A stretch of DNA of 64,000 nucleotides from Vicugna vicugna (taxonomy: Eukaryota): the NCBI GenBank assembly GCA_013265495.1, contig MU057724.1, positions 1,131,102-1,195,101 on the forward strand, in the 5' to 3' direction. Of the stretch, positions 12,321 through 24,399 are shown in pieces. The notes under the pieces were generated by a model. The model made no database searches. It was not told the DNA's origin and saw only the letters and a list, made by a program, of their open reading frames with translations. Each line of letters starts with the position of its first letter. Position 1 is the first letter of the stretch. The position numbers were made by a program, and so were the translations under genes.

Positions 12321-14009
12321 CACTTTATGTATTATAAAATTTTTTCTGAGTCAGTATAATTGTCTCTGTTGATATGTTTATCTCATTGCTTTTCTGGCTC
12401 CATAATACTTAATAATATAGATATAATACTGTTGTTTAAGCATTTCCAAATTTTTTAAACCAGAAAACAAATATTTATTAACACCTGCCATGTATTAGAA
12501 TTTTGCAGTGGTCTGGGACATCAGAGTGAATTGTACTGTTTTTCCTACAGAAGCCCAGACAGTAGTGAAAATGAACGTTGTAATATAATTTATAATACAG
12601 TGGCATCAAGTTTATAACAGAATTATGAACAAAGAAAGTTATGAGAACAGAGCAAGAGACTGAAGAATGATTCACAATGAATTTTCACAGCAAACATAAA
12701 AACTTGCCTTTCTCTTCCTGATGCAAGACTCTTATTTCTTTGAATATTTGGGGTAAATGAATTAAGTAGTTAGTTATATAATAAATTTTATTTATTTTTT
12801 TAGAAAGGGTGATCAGAAAGAAAGCATAGCAATAACATTATACTCAGGTTTATCTGGGAAGAGATACTCTTGTTAATTACATTGATGGTAAATGGAGTAA
12901 AAATTTCTAATGAGTTACATTTTTATTCTATAAAAACTATGATAAACTAATGAATACAGGTTGACAGGTATATTTTCCCATCTTGTTATAATTTTTTACT
13001 GGCATTTTGCAGAAACAAGACGGGTGAAAAATAAATTCCATAGCACATCCCTTTGCTCAGAACAATGACATTTAATCACCCTGCTGCCACCATCTGCCAG
13101 AGTGTTTCATCTGGTGGTAAATTCGTTTATACACTTTTGAATTCCAGGGCTCTCATAATTTCACTTTTTGTCTGAGGCAACATTTTCTGCCTAGTTTGCA
13201 GGTTTTACATGACTAGTTTTTATATTATTAAATTATTTATTGAGGACAAACTTAATTTTTTTCTTTTTTTCCTTGACATTTAAATGCTGAATAAAGGGGA
13301 AGCAAAATTACATTTCACCAATTAAAAGGGTGATTTGAGGAAAATTTCCCTACATGGGCTGACAACTAATCAGTAGTGTAGCAGAAATTGACTCTGTGCA
13401 TCAAAAAGTTACTCACATTAGAGACAGAACTTTAAAAGCATCTGGGTGAAAATGCTTGCTCATAAAATGTTGTCAGATATTCTCTTATGTTTAAACCCAC
13501 ATTTATATAACATTTGCTCAGATGCAAGTTTTGACAAAAGTTGCTTAGCAAACAATCTGTAAAAGCAATTTAGGGAGAACCAATATAATACTGATTGCGT
13601 GCACAGCTTCAGTTGCAGTCTGGTTTAATTTGGGAGTCGCTCATAGACTGGCTTCCTAGGTAAGGAGCTGGAATGCAGCTGTTCTCGTAAACAGTGACAA
13701 CGTGGACCATAGCCGGTGTTAAAAATGGGAGTTTCCTTTAGCAGGAGATAACGGAGATGCCTAATAAGACCATGTCACCAGAAAGCCAAACCCAACTTGA
13801 CGTTTCCTAAACCAACAGCTTGAATGGTTTTGAAGTCATTAAACTCTAAAAATAATTTTGATCTCTAAATAATAGTGAGAGAAAGTGGAACCTAAATCAG
13901 AAATGGGTTGTCCAGAATTAACGGTTTCAGCTGATGCAGTCAAAAGTTGAGCAGCAACGCTCCCTGGAGCCGACTGCTGTCCGGGCTACTTCTGGCCGTG
14001 TCAGTCACA

Positions 14010-14300
14010 CTGATGCCTCTGCTTGCAGCTCAGAGACCACGCACTTTCCCATTTCCACACATTTGCTCCTCTAATTTCTGTGTGTGGAGAACCAGCCCCT
14101 GCTTCTCCAAATCTGCAAAACATTAACTGCTCTAAAGGGTTTACCTGGGACCATGCTAAGAGGGAGATAATTTCACCTGCCCCTGAATTCCCAGAGCACT
14201 TTGGACTTCCATGTCATTTGTTACTTTTCAATGTGCAACATATATCAGATTTTTCTCTTCTTCTTGATTATAAGCTCATCTGTGTCTGAATTCACTTTAG
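14010..14300 (+). mobile_element. Degenerate L2 3' fragment
   Basis: acatttgctcctctaatttctgtg... and cttgattataagctc resemble the L2 3' consensus. Confidence 0.35.
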
Positions 14301-14435
14301 GAATATTTCTCAAAGTGGTGTCCACAGAGCTTTGTGTGCATGTTGAGGGTAGAGGGAGTGGGAACCTTTCAGCACATCTAAGAGGTCAGACACCTGTGTT
14401 CATGATAAAACTGAGTTTCATCTGCCCAAGGAACT

Positions 14436-14672
14436 GTGTTCACAGCTGCACCAGTGGTGTAGGAACAGGGTGTTCACATCTGCACCAGCAATGCAGGAGC
14501 ACCGTGTTCGCATCTGCACCAGCGGTGCAGGAGCAGGGTGTTTGCATGTGCACCAGCGGTGCAGGAACAGGGTGTTCACATCTGCACCAGTGGTGCCGGA
14601 GCATCGTGTTCGCATGTGCACCAGTGGTGCAGGAGCACCGTGTTCGCATGTGCACCAGCGGTGCAGGAGCAG
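14436..14672. repeat. Minisatellite, 34-bp unit x7, internally palindromic
   Basis: Unit GTGTTCRCATSTGCACCAGYGGTGCAGGARCASS restarts at 14436, 14470, 14504, 14538, 14572, 14606, 14640. Confidence 0.97.
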
Positions 14673-16689
14673 TGGTGAGTAAAACTGCTGGTTCCACAGT
14701 GTGAAGCAAGGCAGTGGCACCAAACCGTCGAGCAGTCACGGTGGTTGTCACTGCTGCACGCTTACAGTTACAAAAAGAACTACAGTTATAGCTGAAAACG
14801 TCACTGATGGAGGAGAAAATACGTGCTTATTAAATCTCCGCTCCTGAGTGCACGTTCCTTTACTGCTCCGTCTGAGGAAGTGGGCATTGCATACGCCCTC
14901 TGCAGCCCACCGGTATAGTCTTATCTCGGGAGAGCACGTGGGAGAGCTCCTTAAGGCCTGGACACTTTTCTTTTTCATGGAGCTCCATTATTGCTTGAAA
15001 GTAGGACTGGCTAGTGAAATAAAGTCATTCAGGCTTGGGCATTCCACTTAATTTCTGGTATAGTTTGCTTTCCCCATCTTTTGAGAAAACAATGACTAAC
15101 ATGTAGGGCTGGAAGAGCTGTCTCCTCACCTGGAGCCTGGTGGGGCCGAATTCAATTTCTGGCGCATGACTTTGCCACAGCAAACTGATTTTCAGTCATA
15201 TCTGAATTTCTGTGTGAGGTAAATGATATAAACAGCATCTATTTTAGTAGTAGCTGGTAACCTGTTGACTTCTGAGATAAATTTCAAGAGAAAATAACTA
15301 CTGTTTTCAAACAACTATCTCTTTCCAAGAAGAAAATGGCTCAGTTCTCTTAAAGCGTCATAGGGATTGCTCAGGATTTGCCTGTTCACTTAAGAGTCTG
15401 GTGTGTTTTTCCTTTTTGTAATTTGATCTTATATTTCTGACTAGAGTGCTGTTTAAGCTTTACATTTCATAATGAGTGAGATGTAAATAAAATAACATAA
15501 TGTGTTACTAAACTTTCCTGGACAACAAAATGTAGTTCATGATTTTCCTGAATAATAATATGCATATGAAATATGGAATGTGGAATAATATGTGTAGCTT
15601 ATAATTACTTTACAATGTATTTTATGTTTTGAAGTTGACATCGCACTTACACATCCATTAGCTTGCTACTCGCTGGGCTCCTCTAGACAGGCAGGTCGGC
15701 TCCAGGTCGTCCTGGGGAGTGTACAGCCTGAGCACGGGACACAGACTAGAGTGAGTGGGCCCTGGGAGAGGCTTGGGGAACAAACGGGGGTGAGCCTGGC
15801 AGAAGGACCGGAGGCTAAGGGGTGCAGGGAAGGGGGAGTCCAGGCAGATGCAACCACCAGTGAGAAGTGCCTGAAGCAGAGCGAGGGCTGACTGTAGAAT
15901 GTGGAGAAGGTGAGTTTGCAGATCTAGCCGTTTTGCCATCTTAAATGTCATGACTGTCTAACTTCAAGGGATAAAGTTTATTCTTCTGAATTTTTCTCTA
16001 ACATTCTGATCAAAGAATGAATTATTCCTTATTTACAGGTTTTAAAATTTGCCTTTAGCTTATTTCATATGCGCCATGAATTAATAGTGACTTTATCACC
16101 CACAGAAACTAAGCTTTTAACTTCCTAAGAAAGAACATTTTTCTTATTTGTAACAAATGCTTGAACCTTGTGTAAGGTGTTTTTAGTCTTTAGAGTAGCA
16201 TGTGTTGCATTACTTGTGGGCTTCACAGGTACAACTTTGTTGAAAGGAGTACAATGAGCTTAATATTGCTCTGTTTAAGTGAAGGCAGTTTAACTTAAGG
16301 GTTAGCCTCCATTCCCAGCCAGGGACTCCCATGTTCAGTGTTCTAGCCAGTTGTTCACTTGGAAAGATTAACATTCCATATCACAGTGCAGTCAGCAGTA
16401 GGAACAAGTTTTTAGCAAGTTACTTATGGATTTACTGAAAACATTTTGCAGCCTCATTATTTATTCAAAGCAAAGACCGAGAGAATCACTCTGGTCAAAA
16501 TGCATCCGAAAACCGTCTTGTGCCCAGTGAGCCAGTACTTCCCACTGTGTCTCACCCTTGGGCTCATCCCTAGGTGTGGCTTTTTTTTTTTAACTGGAAA
16601 AAGTACAATTGACTTAATATTTCTTATTTTAACTGAGTGAAGTAATGAAACTTACATGACAGTTTCGGTGCCCAGTCAGGGACACGAGC

Positions 16690-19600
16690 CAGCACACACT
16701 GGCATCTTATCTTCCAGTCCATAAACGTGGTGTGTCACTTTTTAGTCAAGTGCTCTTCGAGATGTTTCATCAGCATTTTGAAGCTCTCATCATGCAGGTG
16801 CTGGCAATGTTTGTCATACTTATGTTCAAATAACTATTTTCCTTCGGGGTGATAGTAAATAGTAATATTAGAACAACCTCTAAGGAGTATGTGTCTGTTT
16901 TGGGCACCAAGTTAATACTGACTTTATAGCATGAGTTGGAAAATGCTACCTCATCCTGTAGTTTTGTGAAGAGGTTATATAAAATGGTCCAAGTTCTTTA
17001 AATATTTGGCAAAACGCTTTAGTGAAATCATTTTGGCACAGAGAATACTTTTCAGAGGATTTTACTCACAAGTTTAAATTACTGAATGTTATCATGCTAT
17101 TTATCTGTTTTTTTCTTGGCTGAGCTTGGGCGTTTGTGGTTTTTAACAAATTGTTCCATTACTTAAAGTTTGCTGAATTCAAAATGGAAAGTTTTTCATA
17201 GTTGTTCCTTATGATCCTTTTAATGGTGGAAGGACCTTTTAAAAATATTCTGTTTCATTCCATACATTTGAGATATGTGTTTCCAGTGTTTTTTTTTTAA
17301 TCTTTGTCAGTCTTGCTTAATGTTTATCTCTATTACTGATTATTTTCTAAGAATCAGCTTTTTGCCTTACTGATTTTCTCCTCAGCTATACTGTTTTCAG
17401 TTTCATTGACTTTCATTCTTTTATTTACTTTAGATTTATTTTTCTCCTTTTCTAGTTTCTCGAGGTGGGATGTTAGATTATTGACTCGAGATGCTTCATC
17501 TTTCTTAATGTAAGTATTTAGTGCTAAAAATTTCACCCTCAGAACCACTTCGGGTGCAACCAATACATTTTGACCTTGTATTTTCATTTTCATTCAGTTA
17601 AGTGCATTATTTTATTTTTTGGGGATTTTTTTCTTAGAGCCATGTAGTATTTCAAATTTTGTTGTTTTATTTTTACATCTTTAAAGGTTTTATTCTTGTT
17701 ATTAAATGTATTAATATTTATTTTATAATCCAGAATATGGTCTGTCTTTATGACTGTTCCGTGGACGCACAAAGAGAGTGTGGTGGAATGTCCTCTAAAA
17801 TCCATCAGATCCTTTTGGTTGATGCTGTTGCTCTGTTCTATACTTTTGGTGATTTTTTTTTGTCAGATATAAATTGCTGAGAGTGAGATGCTTGAGTCCC
17901 CGACCAGGTTGTAGGTTTGTCAATTTCTTTTTCAACTCTGTTGGCTTTTGTTTCCTGTATTTTGAAGCTTTGTTTGGAGAATAAAAATTTAGGATTGCTG
18001 TATATTCTTGATTAACTAATACTTTTCTCATTACATTATATTGCCCTTTGACCTAGGTATTTCTTCTTTGAAGTCTACTTACCTGATTTTATTAATAACT
18101 GCTCTAGTTATTTTGATTAATATTTGACTTTACATTTTTTCCATCCTTTGAATCTATACTATTATTTTTAAAGCTAGTTTCTTATACACAACTTACAGTT
18201 AGTTTGGGATTATTAGTCTAATCTGTCAATTTTTGTCTTTTAATCCGTGTATTTTAATTATTTCCATTTAAAGAAATTCTGGGCATGTTAGAACTGAAGT
18301 CCATCATTTTATTATTGGTTTTGTGGTATTCTTCCTGTTTCTAATTTCTATGTTTCTTTTCTTCTGTTCAGTTACTTGAACAGTTTTCATAATTCCATTT
18401 TGATTCCACTCTGATTTATTTATGTCTTTGAATATATTGCTATTTAAAGTTTCCTCAGTGGTTGTTCTGGTATTACAATATCTGTGTGTGACTTACCACA
18501 GCCTATTGATTTTAACATTTACCACTTTAATTAAAGCACCAAAGCTTTGTGGTCATACGGATGACATATGTATCATTTATTTTTCTGCATACATTGACTA
18601 CCACATCACATGGTGCTCTAATATTTGTTTCGACCATAAAATGTGAGTTAAGAAACTCACGAGGTAAAGGTCTATCAATTATTTGTGACTGTCTTTGTAT
18701 GCATGCCATTGATCACTCTCCTTTATCAAGTCCCAGCCTTCCTCTGTTACTGTTTTCTCTCTGTTTGTAGACTTTTCCTTAGCCATTCTTCAAGAGTGGT
18801 TCTCTTAGCAACACATTAACTTCATTCTCCTTAGTTTTTCTTTCTTTTCTCCCTTGACTTTTCTTATTCTGAGAACATTTTTATTCCCCATTCATTTCTG
18901 AGGTGTAGTTTCTCCAGATACAGAATTTTTCATGTGATTACGTTTCTCTAATTGAACATGCGCCACTTTCTTTAAATAGGGTTTTTGGTTTCCAAGTTTC
19001 AAAATGAAAAATCTGCAGTCATTTGATTTGGTGTTCCTCTAGGGTCAATGCTTTGCTTCTCTCCTGATTTTTAAAAGAAATTTTCCTGTCTTTTAAAAAA
19101 TTTAATTATAGTGTGTTCCATGTATATTTCTTTTGGTTTATTCTCTTTGGGTTTGGTCAGCTTCTTGAGTCTGTAGGTTTATGCCTTTTGCCAAATTGGG
19201 AAGTTTTCAACCATTATTTCTTAAAATTTTTGTTGTTGTTGTTCTCACACTCTGCTCTCTCTCCATATGGGTTTTCAATGATAAAAAGTTAGACTTTTGT
19301 TATTGTCCCATAAGTTCTTGAGTGTGTGTCAATTTTTGTTAACCTATTTTCTTTATTTCAGATGAGGTAAATTCTGTTCATCTGTTCACTTTTATATCTT
19401 CTTTTATTTCATCTCTAAAGTCCATCCAGTAACTTAAAAAATTTAGTTATTGTATTTTTAATTCTATAATTTCCACTTGGCTCTGTTTTGTAACTTCTAT
19501 TTCTTTGTTAGCATTTTCAGGTTTTTTATTGATTACAACAGAATTCATAATTGTTGAAGCATTTTATGATTCCTGCTTTAAAACCCTTTTTAAGGCATTC

Positions 19601-19800
19601 CACCATCTGACTCTTTGTGTTGGTATTAGTGGCTTGCATTTTCCAATTCAAATTGCATTTATAATGGCTCCTGGTGTTGATGAGTTATTTTTGATTGTGT
19701 AACAGACATTTTATTCATCATATTAGAAGAGTCTTGATCCTATTTAAATCTTCGGTTTCAGCAGGCAGTCATCCTATTGCTTTACCAGGAAGGTCCTGCC
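16690..19800 (-). mobile_element. Long decayed L1 covering ORF2 endonuclease domain and ORF1 region
   Basis: Minus-strand ORFs give L1 ORF2 motifs: AILNFYSPNKASKYRKQKPTELK (17795-18031), HGTVIKTDHILDYK (17590-17805), VVLRVKFLALNTYIKK...NNLTSHLEKLEKE (17354-17593); frameshifted and stop-ridden. Confidence 0.9.
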
Positions 19801-19952
19801 TACTTTTGTGAGCTGCAGAACCAGTGAAGATTTGTTTTTAACGCCCTAGGAGCGCTGTTCCGCTTGGCTTCACGCTCGCTGCTCCAACAGGCTCCCACTA
19901 GGACCATGCAAACTCTGACTGGGCTGCTGTTGGGAGGGAGGTTAAGCAGCGG

Positions 19953-20005
19953 TTGGACCGTGGTCACTAGAACTGACGATTGGGCCGTGGTCACTAGAAC
20001 TGACG
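19953..20005. repeat. 27-bp tandem duplication
   Basis: TTGG(A/G)CCGTGGTCACTAGAACTGACG at 19953 and 19980. Confidence 0.9.
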
Positions 20006-20139
20006 GACTGGATCTGCCACCGCCCCGGGGGTCCTGCAGGGCCAGCTGACCCTGAACTGCAGGAGGTCCCTTCTTATACTACCCTGCTTACGCAGCGGGG
20101 TCTCACCCTGTCACTGCAGCAGATCTGACTGTGGATCCG

Positions 20140-20480
20140 ATCCCTTTGAGTAACTACCCAGAAGTGGAATTGCTGGGTCATATGGTAATTCTATTTTTAA
20201 TTTGAAGGACTACCGTACGGTTTTCCACAACAGCTAAACCATTTTATGTTCCCACCAAAAGCGTACAAGTGTTCCAAATCCCCACACCACCCAGCTCTCG
20301 TTATTTTGGTCTTTGATGGTGATCACCCTGATGGGCGTGAGGGGGGCTCTCACTGGGGTTTCGTTTGCATGTCTGTGATTGTTAGCAACGCTGCATGTCT
20401 TTCCATAGGCTTGCTGGTCATTTGCACGTCTTCTCTGAAGAAGCGTCTTTGACCCTCTTGCCCGTGTGAAATCAGGTTGT
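20140..20480 (-). mobile_element. L1 ORF2 3' fragment
   Basis: cccagaagtggaattgctgggtcatatggtaattctatttttaattt...ggtcatttgcacgtcttctctgaagaag. Confidence 0.88.
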
Positions 20481-20519
20481 CGTCATTTTGTTGTTGTTGC
20501 TGTTGTTCCCCGCTTTTGT

Positions 20520-21110
20520 GAATGTTCCGTTTTCCCTCCTTGATTTCTCACTTTCTCCCACTGTGGTCAGAGAAGATGATTTACGTGTTATCTGTCTTTT
20601 TTAATCTGCTGAGACTTAATCTGTGGCCTAACATACGGTCTCACCTGGAAAATGTCTCATGCACACGTGAGAAGAACTGGCCAAGTGTTCTGTGAACCTG
20701 TTAGATCTGCTCAGTTTATTGCGCTGCCTGCTGAAGTCGTTCTTTGAGTCCATCTGGGAAATTTGTATTTGTCATACTTTTTATCTCCAGATCTTTTTTG
20801 GCTTTCTGTCTCTTTATCGATATTTTTATTTTGTTCATCCACAATTTTCCTGACTTTCTCCATGGCTTCCTTTTAGTCTTTGAACACCTTTAAATCAGTT
20901 GTTTTAAAATCTCTGTCTAGTATATCTGCCATCAGGTCTTTTCTCATGGACAGTTTTAGTTTATTTAATACCCCCCCCGCTTTTTTTTTGAATGAACCAG
21001 ACTTTCCTGTTTCTTTGTATGCCTTCTGCTGTTTCTGTTAAAAGCTGGGCATTTGAATCTAATAATGAGGTAGCCCTGGAAATCGTATTCTTCCCCTTGC
21101 CTGCAGAGTG
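20520..21110 (-). mobile_element. L1 fragments
   Basis: ccactgtggtcagagaaga, gtggcctaacatacggtc, ctggaaaatgtctcatgcacacgtgagaagaa and downstream antisense ORF1-like sequence. Confidence 0.75.
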
Positions 21111-23319
21111 TCTGGACATAGGGACGGGCAGAGAAGGATGACTCTGACCACGATCTCTGCGGTGGTTTTGAAAGATGTGATTTCTCCCTGTCTGCATCAT
21201 CCCAAGCAGACTCACAGATTATTGCCTTGGCACAGTAATCTTACAGAACACTTTCTGAATGTAAGAAAGCCAATAAAACATCACTGAGCAGCATTATTTT
21301 CCCACAAATATCATGAGACTAATTAGTTCACAATTCTCTCTGGCATTCTTGCAGAAAAACTCTCAAGTTAACAGTAGTAGCATTCCAACCTCCCCCTACC
21401 TATAGTGTGGAGTGCTTTCTATATAGCCCACCCCTTGAATACAAATCCTGACCCCCACGTGTATAGCACCCTAAAGTATACATGTTTTTAGCTGCTGCAA
21501 GTTTCATTTGAAGTTGTTGCTCTGTTACAACACATTTTATTTTGTAACAAAGAATTCTGATGTCTGAAAGACACAAAATATCTTTTGTTAACTATTACAC
21601 AGTGCTGGAGTGAGTTTGGGCAAGAAGAAGGCTTACTGTCGTCCTCCTGACATCAGCTCTATAAAAGCTTTCTTTCTTTCTTTCTTTTTTAACATCAAAA
21701 TTGATAGCATTTTTCAAATAGTGACAAATATTCCATAAAAAAACTCTGGCTTGTAAAATTTTTATTGTTCATAGAATGGAAAAAGTTGCTTTGAAAACAC
21801 ATCAACATTTACTCTCCAGTCAAATAATGATGATTGTGTCTTACAAAGTCTATTGTAAAACCATATGTTGAAATCCAAGCAGTGTTGCAATGTTTTGCTT
21901 CATTAAATGCTACACCGGTCAGAACGACTGTTTTAGGCTTCTCCATAGATAGTGTTCCAAAATATTTGAATTTTCATTTACTCAATTTTGTGTCTTTGAG
22001 TTTTCCATATTTATACTTGAATTTATTTTTCCTTAATGATATTTGTGTTTCAGTGTTTTTAGTGAATAATAACTTATTTTATGAAAGGCCAGTGTAGAGC
22101 CTGCAGACAGTATCAGTGTATCTGTCGTAAATGACATGCCCTGAATAACTGAACTCAGGAGTGTATGTGTGTGTGTATATTTTTTTAAAAGATATAAAAA
22201 GATGTATCTTTTTAAGAATACAAACCTCACATTTAAAACCTCCCAGTTAGTTCCCAAATCAAAAAATGGAGATGATTTCTGGTTCTGAACAAACTGGGCT
22301 AGAATCGGTTCTGCCTATTTTTCCCACTAAAGCTCAGCTTAGAACCCAGACGTCGTACATCCAGCAAACACACGAAGACCTGCCTAGGCAGAAGCCAGAG
22401 ACGGAACAGCCAGGGGACTGGGAGACTGAGGAGGGACAGGGCAGTGGGGCCAGGTCCCTTTCTGCCTGCTGCGTCCTGGGGGGCAGAAACTTTGACCTCC
22501 TCCTTTCTTCTGTTGCCTTACGCAGCAAACTAGTCGGTCTGTCTTCTTAAGCTGCTTATTCAGTTCCCAAGCTGTAGTGGATATTTCTGTTGTGGTGGTT
22601 TTCAGCTTTTGTTTTCCTTCTTTCACTCTCGGTGCTACAGTGGAGTCTTCGCAGAGGCGCCGACAATTGTTTGAAAGTAAACCCGGTGGGTGGCTGTGGA
22701 GGTGAAGCTGTTAAGTGTGTGAACAAAAGACCTACGCTGGGCTTTCCCGCCATCCAGTTTCCTTTCCCTTCTATTTTCATGCTTGGTGCCCTTACACCTG
22801 GGGATGCGGGAAAGGTCATGTTGGGCATTGAAGTCAAGCGTTAGTGTCGGCCCCCCTGGGAGCCTGCAGGAGCTGGTGGGAGCCATTGTGAGTGCAGAGC
22901 AGAGCTCTCTAAGAGGGTTCCTCCCCTAGCACCTCAGCTGGACAGGTTTGATGTATATTTACTGTTTCAGAATAAAGCCCACACACCATCTACAGAAGGA
23001 AAAATCAATGGAGAAAATGGGACTCAGGTGAACAATCCACTCATGGGAAAGAAGTCAAGGGACAACAAAACTTAAATTTTATGTATTTCGAGATGTGGTT
23101 TTGATAAATGTAGTGCAACTGATATTATTCTTAATATGTAACTGAATTAAATTAAAAATTAAGGAACAACCACAGTCATACAGGGGCTCCCAAAGAGGCA
23201 GTCATGGTGTCAACCAGCCTGGGTCCTCCCCGAGTCTGGGGTCCTTCTCCAGGTGCATTTGAGTCACTGCAGAATCCGATTCCTCGTGTGCAGGACTGAT
23301 TTCCCCTCTTTACATGCGT

Positions 23320-23880
23320 GTCCGCCGCGGTAGCTCTGAGCCCCTGGAGGCTGCCTTCTGGGGGACCTGGGGTGCGGCCCTCTCCCGGCCAGCCGGCTCC
23401 TTCTTCAGAGCCAGACGGAGAGTCTGTCCAGTGTGAACCTCTGGCCCTTGGCGTGAGCTCCCACCTGACCGTGACTGGCCACCCAAGGTAACCCTTCTCA
23501 AATCGGTTAACTCCAAGTTGAGGGACCTGGGCGATCCCAGCTGCAAACGCTTCACGCTGGCTCCTAACGGAACCTCAGCGCAGGCGTGAAGCGCGTCACC
23601 GCCTCGAGCCCCGCCCCGTCGCGGAGGGCGTCGTGGTGCGCACGCCGGGCGGCGCTGGGAGCCGCTCCGGAGTCGGCCCCGCAGCCCCTGAGCCAGTGCG
23701 GGGCCCCCGACCTGGCCGGGCTCCGCTCTCCCTGGAGGCTACCTGAAGTAGCCGTACGCGCAGGTCTCCGGCTCAGCCGCAGTCAGACTCGGAGTCCGAG
23801 CGTGTCCGGCGGCTCGGGCTGCGGCTGACTCTCCGTGCAGCCGGCCGTGCGCCTCGCTGGAACCCGCTTGAGAACCACGG
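23320..23880. promoter_or_regulatory. CpG island (orphan; candidate promoter/enhancer)
   Basis: Very high GC; 12 CpGs in 23581-23640 alone; GC box GCCCCGCCCC at 23608-23617. Confidence 0.7.
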
Positions 23881-24399
23881 CTCTGTCAAGTGCGGCATCT
23901 CATCTGGCCATCACTTCGCTGAAGTCTCAGAGTATTTTCAGAACTACGGGTGAGTTCTCGAGAGGAGAGAGAACACAAATGGGCCATTAGACAGTAAGAG
24001 GCAGAGGCAGACCATCCCTCGAGCCGTCAGAATGAGCAGCCTGTTGCTCAGGCCTCGGTTCACGGAGAGCGACCCTCTCCCGCAGTACGAAACTGAGTTA
24101 AGCTGTGTCTCATTAAAGCAGTAACCGCCTCTTGGCGTCAAATCGATGCTTTGCCTCACAAGGAATGCTTTAAAATATCACCAGTCATTTAAACTTGGAG
24201 TCTCATTCTAAAGTCTGCAGGATGGGCAGTTTAGACCTAACGGCCACCTCCTGGCAGACACAATTTTGGGCAGGTTACCACATGTACTTTTGTGCTTCTT
24301 TTAAAGCCAGCTTCCCTAAAACGTGGTCAGCAGAACTAAACTTTGTGCTATTAGCCATTTGGGAGATACTTAATACCTTATTTCTCCTTTTTTCGTGGT

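Noticed and set aside
14436..14672. CRISPR array (34-bp palindromic direct repeats)
   Set aside because: Units are directly contiguous with no unique spacers, there are no cas genes, and the context is mammalian; it is a minisatellite.
17354..18031. Functional endonuclease/reverse transcriptase gene
   Set aside because: Frameshifted, stop-ridden L1 ORF2 relic.
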